From Candidatus Bathyarchaeia archaeon (GTDB lineage Archaea; Thermoproteota; Bathyarchaeia; 40CM-2-53-6), in the NCBI GenBank assembly GCA_050013255.1, contig JBEKFP010000002.1:160001-224000 (forward strand): a DNA stretch of 64,000 nucleotides, read 5' to 3'. Shown here in pieces: positions 38,676 to 48,356 of this stretch. Position 1 is the first letter of the stretch, and the number at the start of each line of letters is the position of its first letter. Both the position numbers and the translations under genes were made by a program. Under the pieces are notes generated by a model. The model worked only from the letters and a program-made list of their open reading frames with translations, had not been told where the DNA came from and made no database searches.

Positions 38676-40188
38676 TCTTGCTAAGCGACTTCTTCAAGCT
38701 TACTGCCGCCCAACGTAATATTCCTTGCCCGCTTTTCCTAGCAGCTAGCTCTCACCCCTAAATCCCTTAGAGGCTTTCAGTAGGCACACTGGGGACTGAA
38801 AGGTGCCCCTCCTGGGCACCGACGGCCAACCGGCCGTTTGGCTCTCCAAGCGGCTCTTCCAAGGCTCTTTCGCCATTCCTTCTCGGCGGACGCTTTTCAG
38901 CCGCCGCCCATCATTTCGTCTTCTTTTCCTAATTTCTCAAATTTCTCAAATTTCATGCCGTGCAAATTCAATTCCGTCCCAATTTCCAAAGGAATTTGAA
39001 CCCGAATTTACGTCACCATAGATTTCTCGCAACTGAACCAAGTGATTTGGACATTCACCTCTATGTGGCAACTCTACATCCTTCGATTTATTGGAGAGTA
39101 ACCTGACGAAGAACACCTTCGATACTTCTTGGATGAATAATGTGAAGAGAATTCACGCGGCCCGAAATCAAAGAAGTCTGAGCGACCTCGCATTTTTCAC
39201 TGGGGCCAACGCATATGGCGCACCAAGATCTCTACGAAGTTTTTAGGCAGGAATTGTGGCAAAGGGAACTGGCAATCCCACATGAGTGTTGTAGCAAGAG
39301 CGCCTCTGTCCGGTGGTAATTACCGCGGTTATTGTACCCTTTTCTGAGTTTTCTTTTCCTGTTGAACCTCCCAGACTGTTTCGCGGTGCGATTTTCTTTC
39401 ATCAAGAAGAGCTGACGATTCGTACAGAACCTATACTGGTTGCTTATTTTCGGGCCACGTCTGCAACAGGTCATAATTTGCAATTATGCTAACTTCATTC
39501 CGAGATGCGTTTGTATTGTGCCCATCCATTTGCTGCTGCCTTGAACCTCGATTCCTGCGGCTTCTGCTGGACTTGCTCAGAGCCTTGTGCGTTTTACAAA
39601 GTATTGGTAGATTTGAACACCAATTCGGATTGGGCTATCCTTTCGTTTTAGTCCTCGCATTACCCCTCCTCGATCACGGATTTCGTCGCTGATTGGCATG
39701 AGAAGGTTGGTTCTTTATTCGTCGGCATGTTCGACATGCTGGGTTTAGGTTTCTTGTTGTGTAAGTCACGCCACTGTATACCGTGTTGGTGGGGGCAACG
39801 GTCTCATACTTTTGTTCATCATCTACGCCGTTGTTTTCCCTCATCTCCTACCTTGGAGTGGTTTGCGAAAAGGCGTCTAGGGAAAACCAACAGGACGAAA
39901 ATCCGTTTCAATGAATCGTAGAGGCGAATTTTCTCCTAATTCTTATGCTATGTAGAATTCAGCTCTTGTCAAAGCTATTCCGTGCGCAACCTTGATTCTT
40001 TACCGCAGGGAGGTGCCAATTCTGAGAGGGTTCAGAGATTGGTTAGGGCGGCGAGAAATTCGCCTAACCCAATATGTATCAGAATTGAGCCGTTTGAGCG
40101 AATTCCATAGATCAATCATCCTGCTTCTGCCACGCTTTGTGTTCTGAACTGCTTTCTTCTCCGGGGGACGTGGGCACTTTGATTTCCC

Positions 40189-40647
40189 ATGGCCAATCGC
40201 CTAAAACAATTCGATGTTCTCGAGCGCCCGCGAATTGGAAGAATCGCTAGGGAGGATTACTATGCTGAACGGCAAAAGCGTTGGGTATGGATCTTCCCCA
40301 AGATCGATAAGCATTCTACGTTAAACCAAATTGTCGACCTCGACAGCTTCTGCACAATACTCTTCCCCCACAGCATCAAAAAGCAAGGCGTTGCAAAAGC
40401 GATAATTCAGATCCTAATTGAAGAGAAAAGGGCGATGTACCTGAGAGATCTGCACCATAAAGTATTGGAACGAATCAAGATCAGCGCTCAGACGCTTAGC
40501 GACACCTACAAGGCGATGCTCAGAAGCGGTCTCCTTGAGAAGAAATACCGGAATGAACCGACAAAACTCAGTGTGCAATTCGCAAATCGACTACGGGACC
40601 TTGCCTCATACTGGGACAATTACTTGGTCGCGAAACAAGCGAACTAG
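40189..40647 (+). CDS. Winged-helix-like DNA-binding protein
   Basis: Basic protein; MYLRDLHHKV...SAQTLSDTYKAMLRSGLLEK pattern. Confidence 0.6.
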   Translation: MANRLKQFDVLERPRIGRIAREDYYAERQKRWVWIFPKIDKHSTLNQIVDLDSFCTILFPHSIKKQGVAKAIIQILIEEKRAMYLRDLHHKVLERIKISAQTLSDTYKAMLRSGLLEKKYRNEPTKLSVQFANRLRDLASYWDNYLVAKQAN

Positions 40648-40670
40648 GCCCTCCAGTTTTCTGGAGGGTC
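40647..40670. terminator. Hairpin between convergent genes
   Basis: CCCTCCAG-tttt-CTGGAGGG. Confidence 0.45.
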
Positions 40671-40693
40671 TCGTGATGCTCCAATTTTTTGGA

Positions 40694-41122
40694 TTACGCT
40701 GTGTACCTCGTGTCTCCCTTGCTCGGTTGAGGGGGCGCAACTTGTGGCTGCGGAATCGGCGGTAACGGCGGTGGAATATTCAGGCTCCTCGAAATCAGAA
40801 TTGCATCCGCAATTGCTGCGTTTGAAACTGCTTGTACTAATTGAACGGGAGGCGGTTTCTGCGCCTTATGATCCTCAATGATCTTCTTCGTATCCTCGGT
40901 GCCACCCGAAATTCTCGCTTTTCCCTTGATGCTGATTTGCGCGATTGAAGGGGTGAAACTTATGGTAAAAAGGAAAGGGGCATCAAGTGTGCCATCGGGG
41001 CGTTGGTCAATGTCTAGCATGTTTATGTTGACCCCAATCTGGACCTGAGGGGGCATTGGTCTATCAATCTCCCAGAAACGTTCCGCCGACATACTCGTCA
41101 CAAAAATGGTAACATGTATCAA
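40694..41122 (-). CDS. Archaeal SecB-like-fold protein
   Basis: Beta-rich N-half (F.F.ISFTPSIAQISIKGKA), helix, then LNIPPPLP. Confidence 0.6.
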   Translation of the reverse strand: MIHVTIFVTSMSAERFWEIDRPMPPQVQIGVNINMLDIDQRPDGTLDAPFLFTISFTPSIAQISIKGKARISGGTEDTKKIIEDHKAQKPPPVQLVQAVSNAAIADAILISRSLNIPPPLPPIPQPQVAPPQPSKGDTRYTA

Positions 41123-41223
41123 GGTTCGAGCACGACAAATTTCATTCGGACTGTCATTTCCTCTTTAAACATTGTCACCAGAAGGCCGTAGAACGTGTCA
41201 CACGCGCGGCCAAAATTGACTGG

Positions 41224-41556
41224 TTGATGCCTGTAACTACTATAGGTACTTTCCGTCAGAAAACACATCCGAATTTGAACCCGAAGTGGTCGCAAGTGAA
41301 AGAAGCTGTAGCAAGTTTCGTCGTAACGAAAAAAAGGATGCAGAATGGGCGAATTTACGAGTCGCCGCGAATTTACCTGCCCACGAAGCTGACAACGGAC
41401 TCGAACTTTCCGTTCGCGAAGGGTTCATTGAAGCTGTACGTGAGAGTCGCCGGTAAGAGGCTAGTACTCGAACGGGCGCCTACTGCAGTTCTAAGGCGGT
41501 TTGGGCGATTCCCCGTTCGTCATCGCCGCGCCAAATTACGTAAACGTAGACACTAG
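41224..41556 (+). CDS. AbrB/SpoVT-fold protein
   Basis: IYLPTKLTTDSNFPF...VRVAGKRLVLE; resembles 28796-28987. Confidence 0.6.
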   Translation: MMPVTTIGTFRQKTHPNLNPKWSQVKEAVASFVVTKKRMQNGRIYESPRIYLPTKLTTDSNFPFAKGSLKLYVRVAGKRLVLERAPTAVLRRFGRFPVRHRRAKLRKRRH

Positions 41557-42314
41557 ACTGAAAAGTGTAAGCGGAAAGTGAGGCTTGGCATCGGTTCCGC
41601 CCGAATTATCGAAATTCTGCCAATCTGTGCGATGTCCGCGACGTGCGTGCCACCACATGGGATTGGGGCACACCCTCTTATCGTCACCGTCCTGATCTCA
41701 TCGAGTTCAGGAAGTCTTTCAAAATTCGGCGCCTCTTGAAGAAGCGCTCTTCCTTGTTCTGCTGTTAGGTAATCGATTCTCACTTCGCCTCCGAGCGAAA
41801 CCATCCTATTTGCGTGAGTCTCAACCCGGCGCAGGGTGTCTTCGTTGGGGGCATTTCCGCCGTAACCAACGTAACAGGGTTCGTCCAGCCAAGAGTCTGT
41901 GGTTTCAACTCGGCTCGAGGTTTCTAATGCCAAGCAGTGGTCGAGCAAATGAGCTGCAGTATGCCTCCGCATAACCAGCTGCCTGAACGGCCAGTCTATC
42001 TCGCAGGTGACTGGTCCGATCAAGGGTTCTCCGCTAATGATCTTCGCCCAATGGACAACGACACCCTGGTAGTAGAGCGCTTTCTTTACGTTTAGTTCAA
42101 AACTGTCGGAGCGAATGGTGCCGCGGTCTGACGGCTGTCCACCACCTTTAGGGTGAAAAATAGTTCGGTCGAGAATCAGATACACGTGGGTGCCTTTTTC
42201 GGGGACAATCTTAATCATCTGAGCGTCGTCGCGACCCTTATCCATCTCCCTCAAGTAGGTGAGCTCGGTCCTCTCGAGTCCCGAAGCTATTTCCTTTAGG
42301 TTCAAGTTGGGCAC
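41553..42314 (-). CDS. alaX: Free-standing alanyl-tRNA editing protein (AlaX-M type)
   Basis: TIFHPKGGGQPSD, MRRHTAAHLL, CGGTH. Confidence 0.9.
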   Translation of the reverse strand: MPNLNLKEIASGLERTELTYLREMDKGRDDAQMIKIVPEKGTHVYLILDRTIFHPKGGGQPSDRGTIRSDSFELNVKKALYYQGVVVHWAKIISGEPLIGPVTCEIDWPFRQLVMRRHTAAHLLDHCLALETSSRVETTDSWLDEPCYVGYGGNAPNEDTLRRVETHANRMVSLGGEVRIDYLTAEQGRALLQEAPNFERLPELDEIRTVTIRGCAPIPCGGTHVADIAQIGRISIIRAEPMPSLTFRLHFSV

Positions 42315-42391
42315 CTAAAATGGCAATATACTTTCCCTTCAGTCATGAGGCTTTTAAGGAAACGTTGGGTATAGCGCGGCGCTGATAGGCT

Positions 42392-42901
42392 GTGAATTCG
42401 AAACAGGTCGTTGCCGCGCTTTCTGTGGTTCTCTTATTGGTCATTCTGATCTATCCTGCGGTCGCAAGTGGAAATATTTCAGTAACTATGGGTGGGCTAA
42501 AGATCGATAAGGCAGATCATGTCTACGTTACAGTTGGCGGAGTATGGGTTCACGAGAGAGGCCAGTCAAATGCGACCGGATGGGAGTCAGTGTCCAACCA
42601 GTCACAAACCGTCGACCTAATCTCCCTTGAGAATTTAACAAAGCCACTGGCAACAAGTCAGATTTCCGTAGCACGTTATGATTCTGTCCGCCTCAGCCTA
42701 TCGAACGTTACCTGGGTGTTCAACAAGACAACTACCAGCTTGCTAATCGCTTCGTCTAACTTGGATGCGAACCTCGAATTCACGCTGGTGGCCGGCAGAC
42801 AGCTAACGATCACCATCCTTCTTGGGGGTCACCAAGAAGTGATTGGGGCATCGAAGTTTTTCCAAGCCACCATGACCGTAACAGTAACCGAAGTCTCCTA
42901 A
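42392..42901 (+). CDS. Secreted DUF4382-like protein
   Basis: Signal peptide; HVYVTV..VWVH, TVDLISL, YDSVRL. Confidence 0.65.
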   Translation: MNSKQVVAALSVVLLLVILIYPAVASGNISVTMGGLKIDKADHVYVTVGGVWVHERGQSNATGWESVSNQSQTVDLISLENLTKPLATSQISVARYDSVRLSLSNVTWVFNKTTTSLLIASSNLDANLEFTLVAGRQLTITILLGGHQEVIGASKFFQATMTVTVTEVS

Positions 42902-42959
42902 CCATAGGAATGCCAACTCAAAAATAGTGAGCGTAGCGTTAGAGTGTTGGGATTGAATA

Positions 42960-43484
42960 TTGGCAGTCGCTGGAAGAGATCAAATCACCAAATTGATCTC
43001 CGCTTACAAATGCATACATCCATTTGATTACGCATTTCTGGACGGTGATGGCTACGTCCTTACTGTGCGGGATGAAACGACTCTCCATTATCTTGAGCAT
43101 CGAAACGTCGTATCATACGAAGTAGTGTTCACGCCTCCAAACTACGTTTCACATCTGACCGCGAAGAGTAAGTATGGGAGAATGGGCCTATCTTTTCTGA
43201 ACGCTGCTAAGGTCCACAGCGGCTTTGTGGGGCGGCTTGCGTTGGAACTTGTCAACTTGAACAACACACGGCAGACTATAACCATCAAACGCGGGGACCC
43301 CTTGATGCACATCGAATACATAACAAGGGAAGGCGAAGCGTCTCCCTATCGCGGCGACTACATGTTCCAATACATGAGTGACGATGAAGTTGCGTTATAT
43401 TCAGGAATACTGAAAGAACATTTCAAGGGGATTTTTGATTCCGCTGAACTAGAGAAGATGGCGAAGGAAAGAATTCGAGGTTGA
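42960..43484 (+). CDS. dCTP deaminase/dUTPase family protein
   Basis: KSKYGRMGL, VHSGFVGRLALEL, YRGDYMFQ. Confidence 0.75.
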   Translation: MAVAGRDQITKLISAYKCIHPFDYAFLDGDGYVLTVRDETTLHYLEHRNVVSYEVVFTPPNYVSHLTAKSKYGRMGLSFLNAAKVHSGFVGRLALELVNLNNTRQTITIKRGDPLMHIEYITREGEASPYRGDYMFQYMSDDEVALYSGILKEHFKGIFDSAELEKMAKERIRG

Positions 43485-43487
43485 AGA

Positions 43488-44411
43488 CTACCATCGCCCT
43501 AACTTGACGCTCTTCTTCTTTGCTCTAAACGACAATTGCGTAACAATGGCGAGAACGATTGTTAAGGCAATTAGGCCCGCCATAACCCATTCCTTTTGGC
43601 CTGTGCCTACGTCCAGAAGCAGAGTATCCCCGTGGGCTCGTGCTATCCCTTGAACAGTAATTTCAGCATCGTACCCATAACGTGCGAAAAAGTTCGTGGT
43701 CACATTCAACCGCTGAACGCCGATTGAAATGTCTAGGAGCTGAGGCGGGGTATATTGCCATGTTGTCGTGTTGTTGTTCAATGTATATGTACGTGTCCAA
43801 TCTTCAATGGGGACGCTTAGAGCCCTGAAATCGAAAACTGTAAAGTTCCCCAGATAGTTTTCCGCCACTGGTCCGCTGACGCTTGTATTGTTAACGAGAA
43901 AATTCACGCCAGTAATTGTTGAGTTTGGTCGACCCACGAACCTGCTGGCGTTTGAGTAGATTGCTGCAACGGGCCTGAGGTACTGGTTTCCTACAGCGTT
44001 GTAGCTGAGGTTGCCAGCGCGCAGGTTTGAAGAGATGTCGAAATCTTTCCATGTCATATTGGCCGACAATACGTCCCCTTTTCGCACTGAAACGCCTGAG
44101 ACTGTCATTGTTGCGCTAATGTTTAACCACATTCCAGCTGAGTTAAGGTTCAGCGTCAGGCCGGCTGGGGCGGCACCTGGAAAGGCGTCCGTCAAAGCTT
44201 TTGTGAAGGCAGATGACAGCTCGTCGTTCGAGCCCGTGCTCAATGTGTTTGACTGGACGGGTAGCTGCGTAATGTTCTGCTGAAGTGAAAGTGAGAGCCT
44301 TGCCTGCACTTGTTGGTTCTCGATGGTTATCGTAACATCAGACGCATAGGCTGGGACAACGAACAGGGAAGCCATTATTACGAATAAGATTAGGATTGCC
44401 GCGGGCCGCAA
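43488..44411 (-). CDS. Secreted protein with C-terminal membrane anchor
   Basis: Signal peptide, many N-x-S/T sequons, TM followed by RAKKK. Confidence 0.75.
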   Translation of the reverse strand: MRPAAILILFVIMASLFVVPAYASDVTITIENQQVQARLSLSLQQNITQLPVQSNTLSTGSNDELSSAFTKALTDAFPGAAPAGLTLNLNSAGMWLNISATMTVSGVSVRKGDVLSANMTWKDFDISSNLRAGNLSYNAVGNQYLRPVAAIYSNASRFVGRPNSTITGVNFLVNNTSVSGPVAENYLGNFTVFDFRALSVPIEDWTRTYTLNNNTTTWQYTPPQLLDISIGVQRLNVTTNFFARYGYDAEITVQGIARAHGDTLLLDVGTGQKEWVMAGLIALTIVLAIVTQLSFRAKKKSVKLGRW

Positions 44412-44539
44412 TATTCAGCACTGCTCGTCTCATTATTACGCGTTGGCGAAACCAGAACTACCCTCACTATTTAAGTCTCCAGAATTACTGACATAATGCT
44501 GGTGACTAAGCTACACAATTCAGGAAGGCAAAAGCCTAG

Positions 44540-44902
44540 AAGAAACGACTGAGACCTGATTGGATCAGGGGGTTTCTCGAAGGCGAAGGTTCTTTTTGTG
44601 TTTCACGTAATGATGGCGGTTACCCTAGATTTGTAGCCGTGCAAAAGTCTCCGAAAATCTTGTTTACGATTCGTGATCAGCTACAAATAGGAGCAGTGTA
44701 TCCGAACAATAATCCAAAATACCCTTGCTGGATATGGCAAGTCGCTAATCTTGATGACCTCGTCACCCTGATAGATTTCTTCGACTACAAAATTGAAGAA
44801 CCGACAAAAAGAAAGCAATTCGAGAAGTGGTTGAAGGCCTTTAGCGTTTATCGAAACGGCTCCGAATCATCTCAAAGAAAGGTAAGACGCCTTCGCAAAT
44901 AG
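44540..44902 (+). pseudogene. Single-motif LAGLIDADG homing endonuclease-like ORF lacking a canonical in-frame start
   Basis: The frame of track ORF 44639 extends upstream to DWIRGFLEGEGSF. TAG at 44537; ATG 44496 is in another frame. Confidence 0.7.
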
Positions 44903-44920
44903 ATTTGGCGCGCGGGAGCA

Positions 44921-46129
44921 TTAGTGGTGGGCTATGAAGTCCTTCCCTAGCAATTCTCGTGCAACGATGATCTTCATTATTTCAGTAGATCCTTCTGCCA
45001 GCATATATGAGCGCACGCCGCGTAGGCCCATTTCGATCGGGCAATCTAAGGTGTAGCCGAAGGCTCCAAACCATTGTAATACGTCATTTATTGTTTCGAA
45101 TGCAACCACTGGTGCCAGCATTTTTGCTTCTGCAATTGTTCTACTAACTTCAAATCGATTGATTGCGTGGTTTCGTTGCTCCTGTTCGTACATCCAAAGT
45201 GCCTTGTAAGACAATAACCGGACCGCGTCAACTCGTGCGTAATCTTCTGCGAGTTTGAATTGCACCCCCTCGTATCGGCCGATTGGTTGGGTGAACGCTT
45301 TGCGTTGCTTTATGTACTCAATGCCTGTTTCGAGCGATGCTTGGGCTGCTCCCATGCAGACCACGGCGATTATTGCACGAGCATAATCAAACCCTTCCAT
45401 CGCGTAGTAGAATCCCTTGTTCTCTTCCCCTAGCAAATACTCAGCAGGGACGTGAACATCCTTCATTAGGAAGCCGCCAGCTGACATGCCTCTCCTCCCC
45501 ATTTCCTCCAAGTAGCTCGGTGTGAGACCTTTTGTGTTATTGAACGGCACATAGAAGAACGACATTCCCCTAGTTCCCTTTGCAGGATCCGTTTTAGCCA
45601 GCACCAAGTATCCGCTCTTGTCCGGCATCTGTTCTGCAGCCTCGCGAATGCCGCTAATGTACATCTTCTCGCCGTTCAAAACATAATCGTTACCCACCCG
45701 CTTCGCGGTGGTAGTCATGTTGGCTAGGTCTGACCCCACTCCGGCTTCAGTTGTGGCGATGCCGAGAAAGCCTTGTCCTGCAGCAATCCGTGGTAGCGTC
45801 TCTTTCTTCAAACTTGTTGAACCGTACTTTGTTAAGACGTGGCTCCAGGAAACCGGAACCAAGTACAACACGGCTGTCGCGCAACTTAGGTCAGCGCGGC
45901 CTATTTCTTCCCCTGCGATACCTGCTGAAACAGCATCCGCATCGGAACCACCGTACTCAAGAGGAATCGAGAGCCCAAACAGACCCATCTTACCCAGGCC
46001 TTGAATTATGGAATCTGGCATGTGGGCTTTACGTTCCATCTCTCTGGAGTATGGCGCAATTTCTCTGCGACAAAATTCCCTGACGGTTTTCCGGAATAAC
46101 TCGTGCTCCGGGCTGAAGTTAAAGTCCAC
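44921..46129 (-). CDS. Acyl-CoA dehydrogenase
   Basis: TEAGVGSDL, LNGEKMYIS, RKAFTQPI, FGAFGY, EGSTEI. Confidence 0.95.
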   Translation of the reverse strand: MDFNFSPEHELFRKTVREFCRREIAPYSREMERKAHMPDSIIQGLGKMGLFGLSIPLEYGGSDADAVSAGIAGEEIGRADLSCATAVLYLVPVSWSHVLTKYGSTSLKKETLPRIAAGQGFLGIATTEAGVGSDLANMTTTAKRVGNDYVLNGEKMYISGIREAAEQMPDKSGYLVLAKTDPAKGTRGMSFFYVPFNNTKGLTPSYLEEMGRRGMSAGGFLMKDVHVPAEYLLGEENKGFYYAMEGFDYARAIIAVVCMGAAQASLETGIEYIKQRKAFTQPIGRYEGVQFKLAEDYARVDAVRLLSYKALWMYEQEQRNHAINRFEVSRTIAEAKMLAPVVAFETINDVLQWFGAFGYTLDCPIEMGLRGVRSYMLAEGSTEIMKIIVARELLGKDFIAHH

Positions 46130-46277
46130 CTATGGTACCTCTGTGGCCAAAGGGCGGACGAGGGGAATATGGAGCCTTAGTTCATAGAGTAGCGAGATTA
46201 ATGTGTGCCCTTCTTGTGAGGCAAAGAAGATTCTCTCAGGTAATGAGAGTTCTGGCCGCGAGAAATAGGACTAGTTC

Positions 46278-46628
46278 TTAGCGAACTTTTGTTCCAGCCG
46301 GAACATCGGCCTCCACCGTCGCCCAAATTGGTTTGCCTTGCAAATCTGCTGCTAGTAACATGACCTCGGATTTTATACCGGCTATAGTCTTTGGCTCCAT
46401 GTTGGTTAGAACGATGACTCGCTTTCCGATGAAGCTGCTTGGTTCGTAGAACTCGGCTCCGCCTGCAATTGCCTGTGCAACGCTATCACCTATGTCCACC
46501 TGCACTTTGAGAATTTTCCTCATTCCAGGGATTCTTTCCGCGGCGGTAATCTTTCCGACTTTCAAGGCAAGTTTCTCGAAGTCTTTGAATGATACGCTCA
46601 TATGACTGGGCCTTTGTGCAGCTTCCAT
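46278..46628 (-). CDS. tRNA-binding OB-fold protein (Trbp111/CsaA/MetG C-terminal-like); likely start 46601
   Basis: SFKDFEKL.LKVGKI, TNMEPKTIAGIKSEVMLLA. Confidence 0.9.
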   Translation of the reverse strand: MEAAQRPSHMSVSFKDFEKLALKVGKITAAERIPGMRKILKVQVDIGDSVAQAIAGGAEFYEPSSFIGKRVIVLTNMEPKTIAGIKSEVMLLAADLQGKPIWATVEADVPAGTKVR

Positions 46629-46638
46629 TTAGAAGTCG

Positions 46639-47604
46639 TTACTTGCCTCTGAATGTACGTATTAGTTCTTCAGCGACGATGGTGCTCTCCAGTCGTTGAG
46701 TTTCCACTGTCTGAGCACCTACATGCGATGTGCAAACGACATTCGGTAGTCGGACTAATTCCTTCTCCCAATCATCAACCGGGGGCTCCTTGTGAAACAC
46801 ATCTAATCCAGCACCTCCAAGATTTCCTGATTTCAGGGCTGCAAGCAGAGACTGCCCATCGACAATATCTCCTCGAGAAGTGTTGATCAGTATGGAGCCT
46901 TTCTTCATGCTGCTGATTGCCTTTTGGTCAATCAGATGATGCGTCGATGGTAGGTATGGGACGTGGATGGAGACAATGTCGGATTGCGAGAGAAGCTCTG
47001 ACAGTTGACCGACCGCGCGAAACCCCACTTGACGAGCTTTCTCGGTAACATCGATCACATCGTAACCGATCGCTTTGGCGCCGAACCCTTCCACTACAAT
47101 CCGGGCCACTTCTAGGCCGATGCGCCCGGCTGCGCCGACCACTCCGACCGTTTGCGATTTCAACTCGGAGCCGATCAACTCCGCTTTAGCCCACCGTCCT
47201 TCTTTCATCGCTCGGTCAGCAAATGATATCTTCCGAAGCACCGCCAGCATAAGAGCAATTGCTAATTCCGTCACGCTCGTTGTAGGTGCTGCCGGTGTCG
47301 AGATCACTTGGATCGATTTCTTTTTGGCCGTCTCCAAGTCTATATTATCCAATCCCACTCCGGAGCGCGCAACGGCTTTCAGCTTGACGCCGGCATTCAG
47401 AACTGCACTCGTAATCTTGGTTCGGCCGCGCACAATCACAGCATCAAATTCGACTATTCTCTTCTCCAATTGATCATTCGTCAGGTTAGGGTTCTCCTCA
47501 ACAGTAAAACCAGCCTTCTTCAGCATGGCAAGACCGTCTTGAGCAATGGGGTCGCAGACGAGTACTCTTGGCATCGGAAATCGAAAGGGCTTCGTGTTGA
47601 ACAC
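46639..47604 (-). CDS. D-2-hydroxyacid/3-phosphoglycerate dehydrogenase (short form); likely start 47574
   Basis: RSGVGLDNID, GAAGRIG, INTSRG, GLDVF..EP, HVGAQT. Confidence 0.9.
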   Translation of the reverse strand: MFNTKPFRFPMPRVLVCDPIAQDGLAMLKKAGFTVEENPNLTNDQLEKRIVEFDAVIVRGRTKITSAVLNAGVKLKAVARSGVGLDNIDLETAKKKSIQVISTPAAPTTSVTELAIALMLAVLRKISFADRAMKEGRWAKAELIGSELKSQTVGVVGAAGRIGLEVARIVVEGFGAKAIGYDVIDVTEKARQVGFRAVGQLSELLSQSDIVSIHVPYLPSTHHLIDQKAISSMKKGSILINTSRGDIVDGQSLLAALKSGNLGGAGLDVFHKEPPVDDWEKELVRLPNVVCTSHVGAQTVETQRLESTIVAEELIRTFRGK

Positions 47605-47618
47605 TAATATGAACTTCT

Positions 47619-48161
47619 ATGAAGGCGCTAGGATATTCAGTACCACAAGTTTCCTCACTCGTCAGTCGGTTCAACGATGAATTAATCAGTCAGGTCTCAC
47701 CCTTGCCCCAGGGGCCCATGTCACCCGAAACCGTCGGACTAATCGCTAAGATTCTGAAATTGAAGACAATCGCTGTTGTAGGCCTATCGAAAGACCCATC
47801 GAGGCCAAGCCACGACGTTGCCAGCTACTTGAAGTCTCATGGTTACAGGATTGTGCCTGTCAATCCTATGGTGAACGAGGTCCTTGGCGAAAGATCGTAC
47901 AAGTCCTTACTCGACCTTCCAGAGCAACTGAAACTCGAGATTGATATTGTCGACATCTTTAGGCGCACGGAAGATGTGCCACCGATAGTGGATGAGGCGA
48001 TTCAGCTCTACAAGAGCTTAGGCAGACCAAGCGCTGTGTGGATGCAGCTCGGGATTGTGAACGAGGAGGCCGCCTCAAAGGCGAAAGAGGCAGGCCTGAG
48101 TGTGGTCATGGATCGCTGTATGAAGATCGAGCACGCACGGCTCGCTGAGTTGCCCTCCTAA
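47619..48161 (+). CDS. CoA-binding protein (YccU-like)
   Basis: IAVVGLS, PVNP, VDIFR, WMQLGI, MDRCMKIEH. Confidence 0.9.
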   Translation: MKALGYSVPQVSSLVSRFNDELISQVSPLPQGPMSPETVGLIAKILKLKTIAVVGLSKDPSRPSHDVASYLKSHGYRIVPVNPMVNEVLGERSYKSLLDLPEQLKLEIDIVDIFRRTEDVPPIVDEAIQLYKSLGRPSAVWMQLGIVNEEAASKAKEAGLSVVMDRCMKIEHARLAELPS

Positions 48162-48356
48162 GCGGATGCGGTTACACCCGCTTCCTACTTGATATCGTTC
48201 TTGATCCACGCCGCTAGTTACACAAAGATCCAAGAAGTTTTGTGAGGTAGGCATCGGAGCCGAAGGCCTTTACCCACGCAGTTTTGTGAATCAAAAATCG
48301 GTTTAAGGTAATTTGAAGGGAAGTTTTTATTCAAAGGCATGAGATGAATTCGTTGA

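Noticed and set aside
38803-39921. Short track ORFs in the 1.5-kb gap
   Set aside because: No motifs, atypical composition, no operon packing.
44535-44548. Programmed -1 frameshift for the LAGLIDADG ORF
   Set aside because: No X XXY YYZ slippery heptamer; a simple indel or CTG start is more parsimonious.
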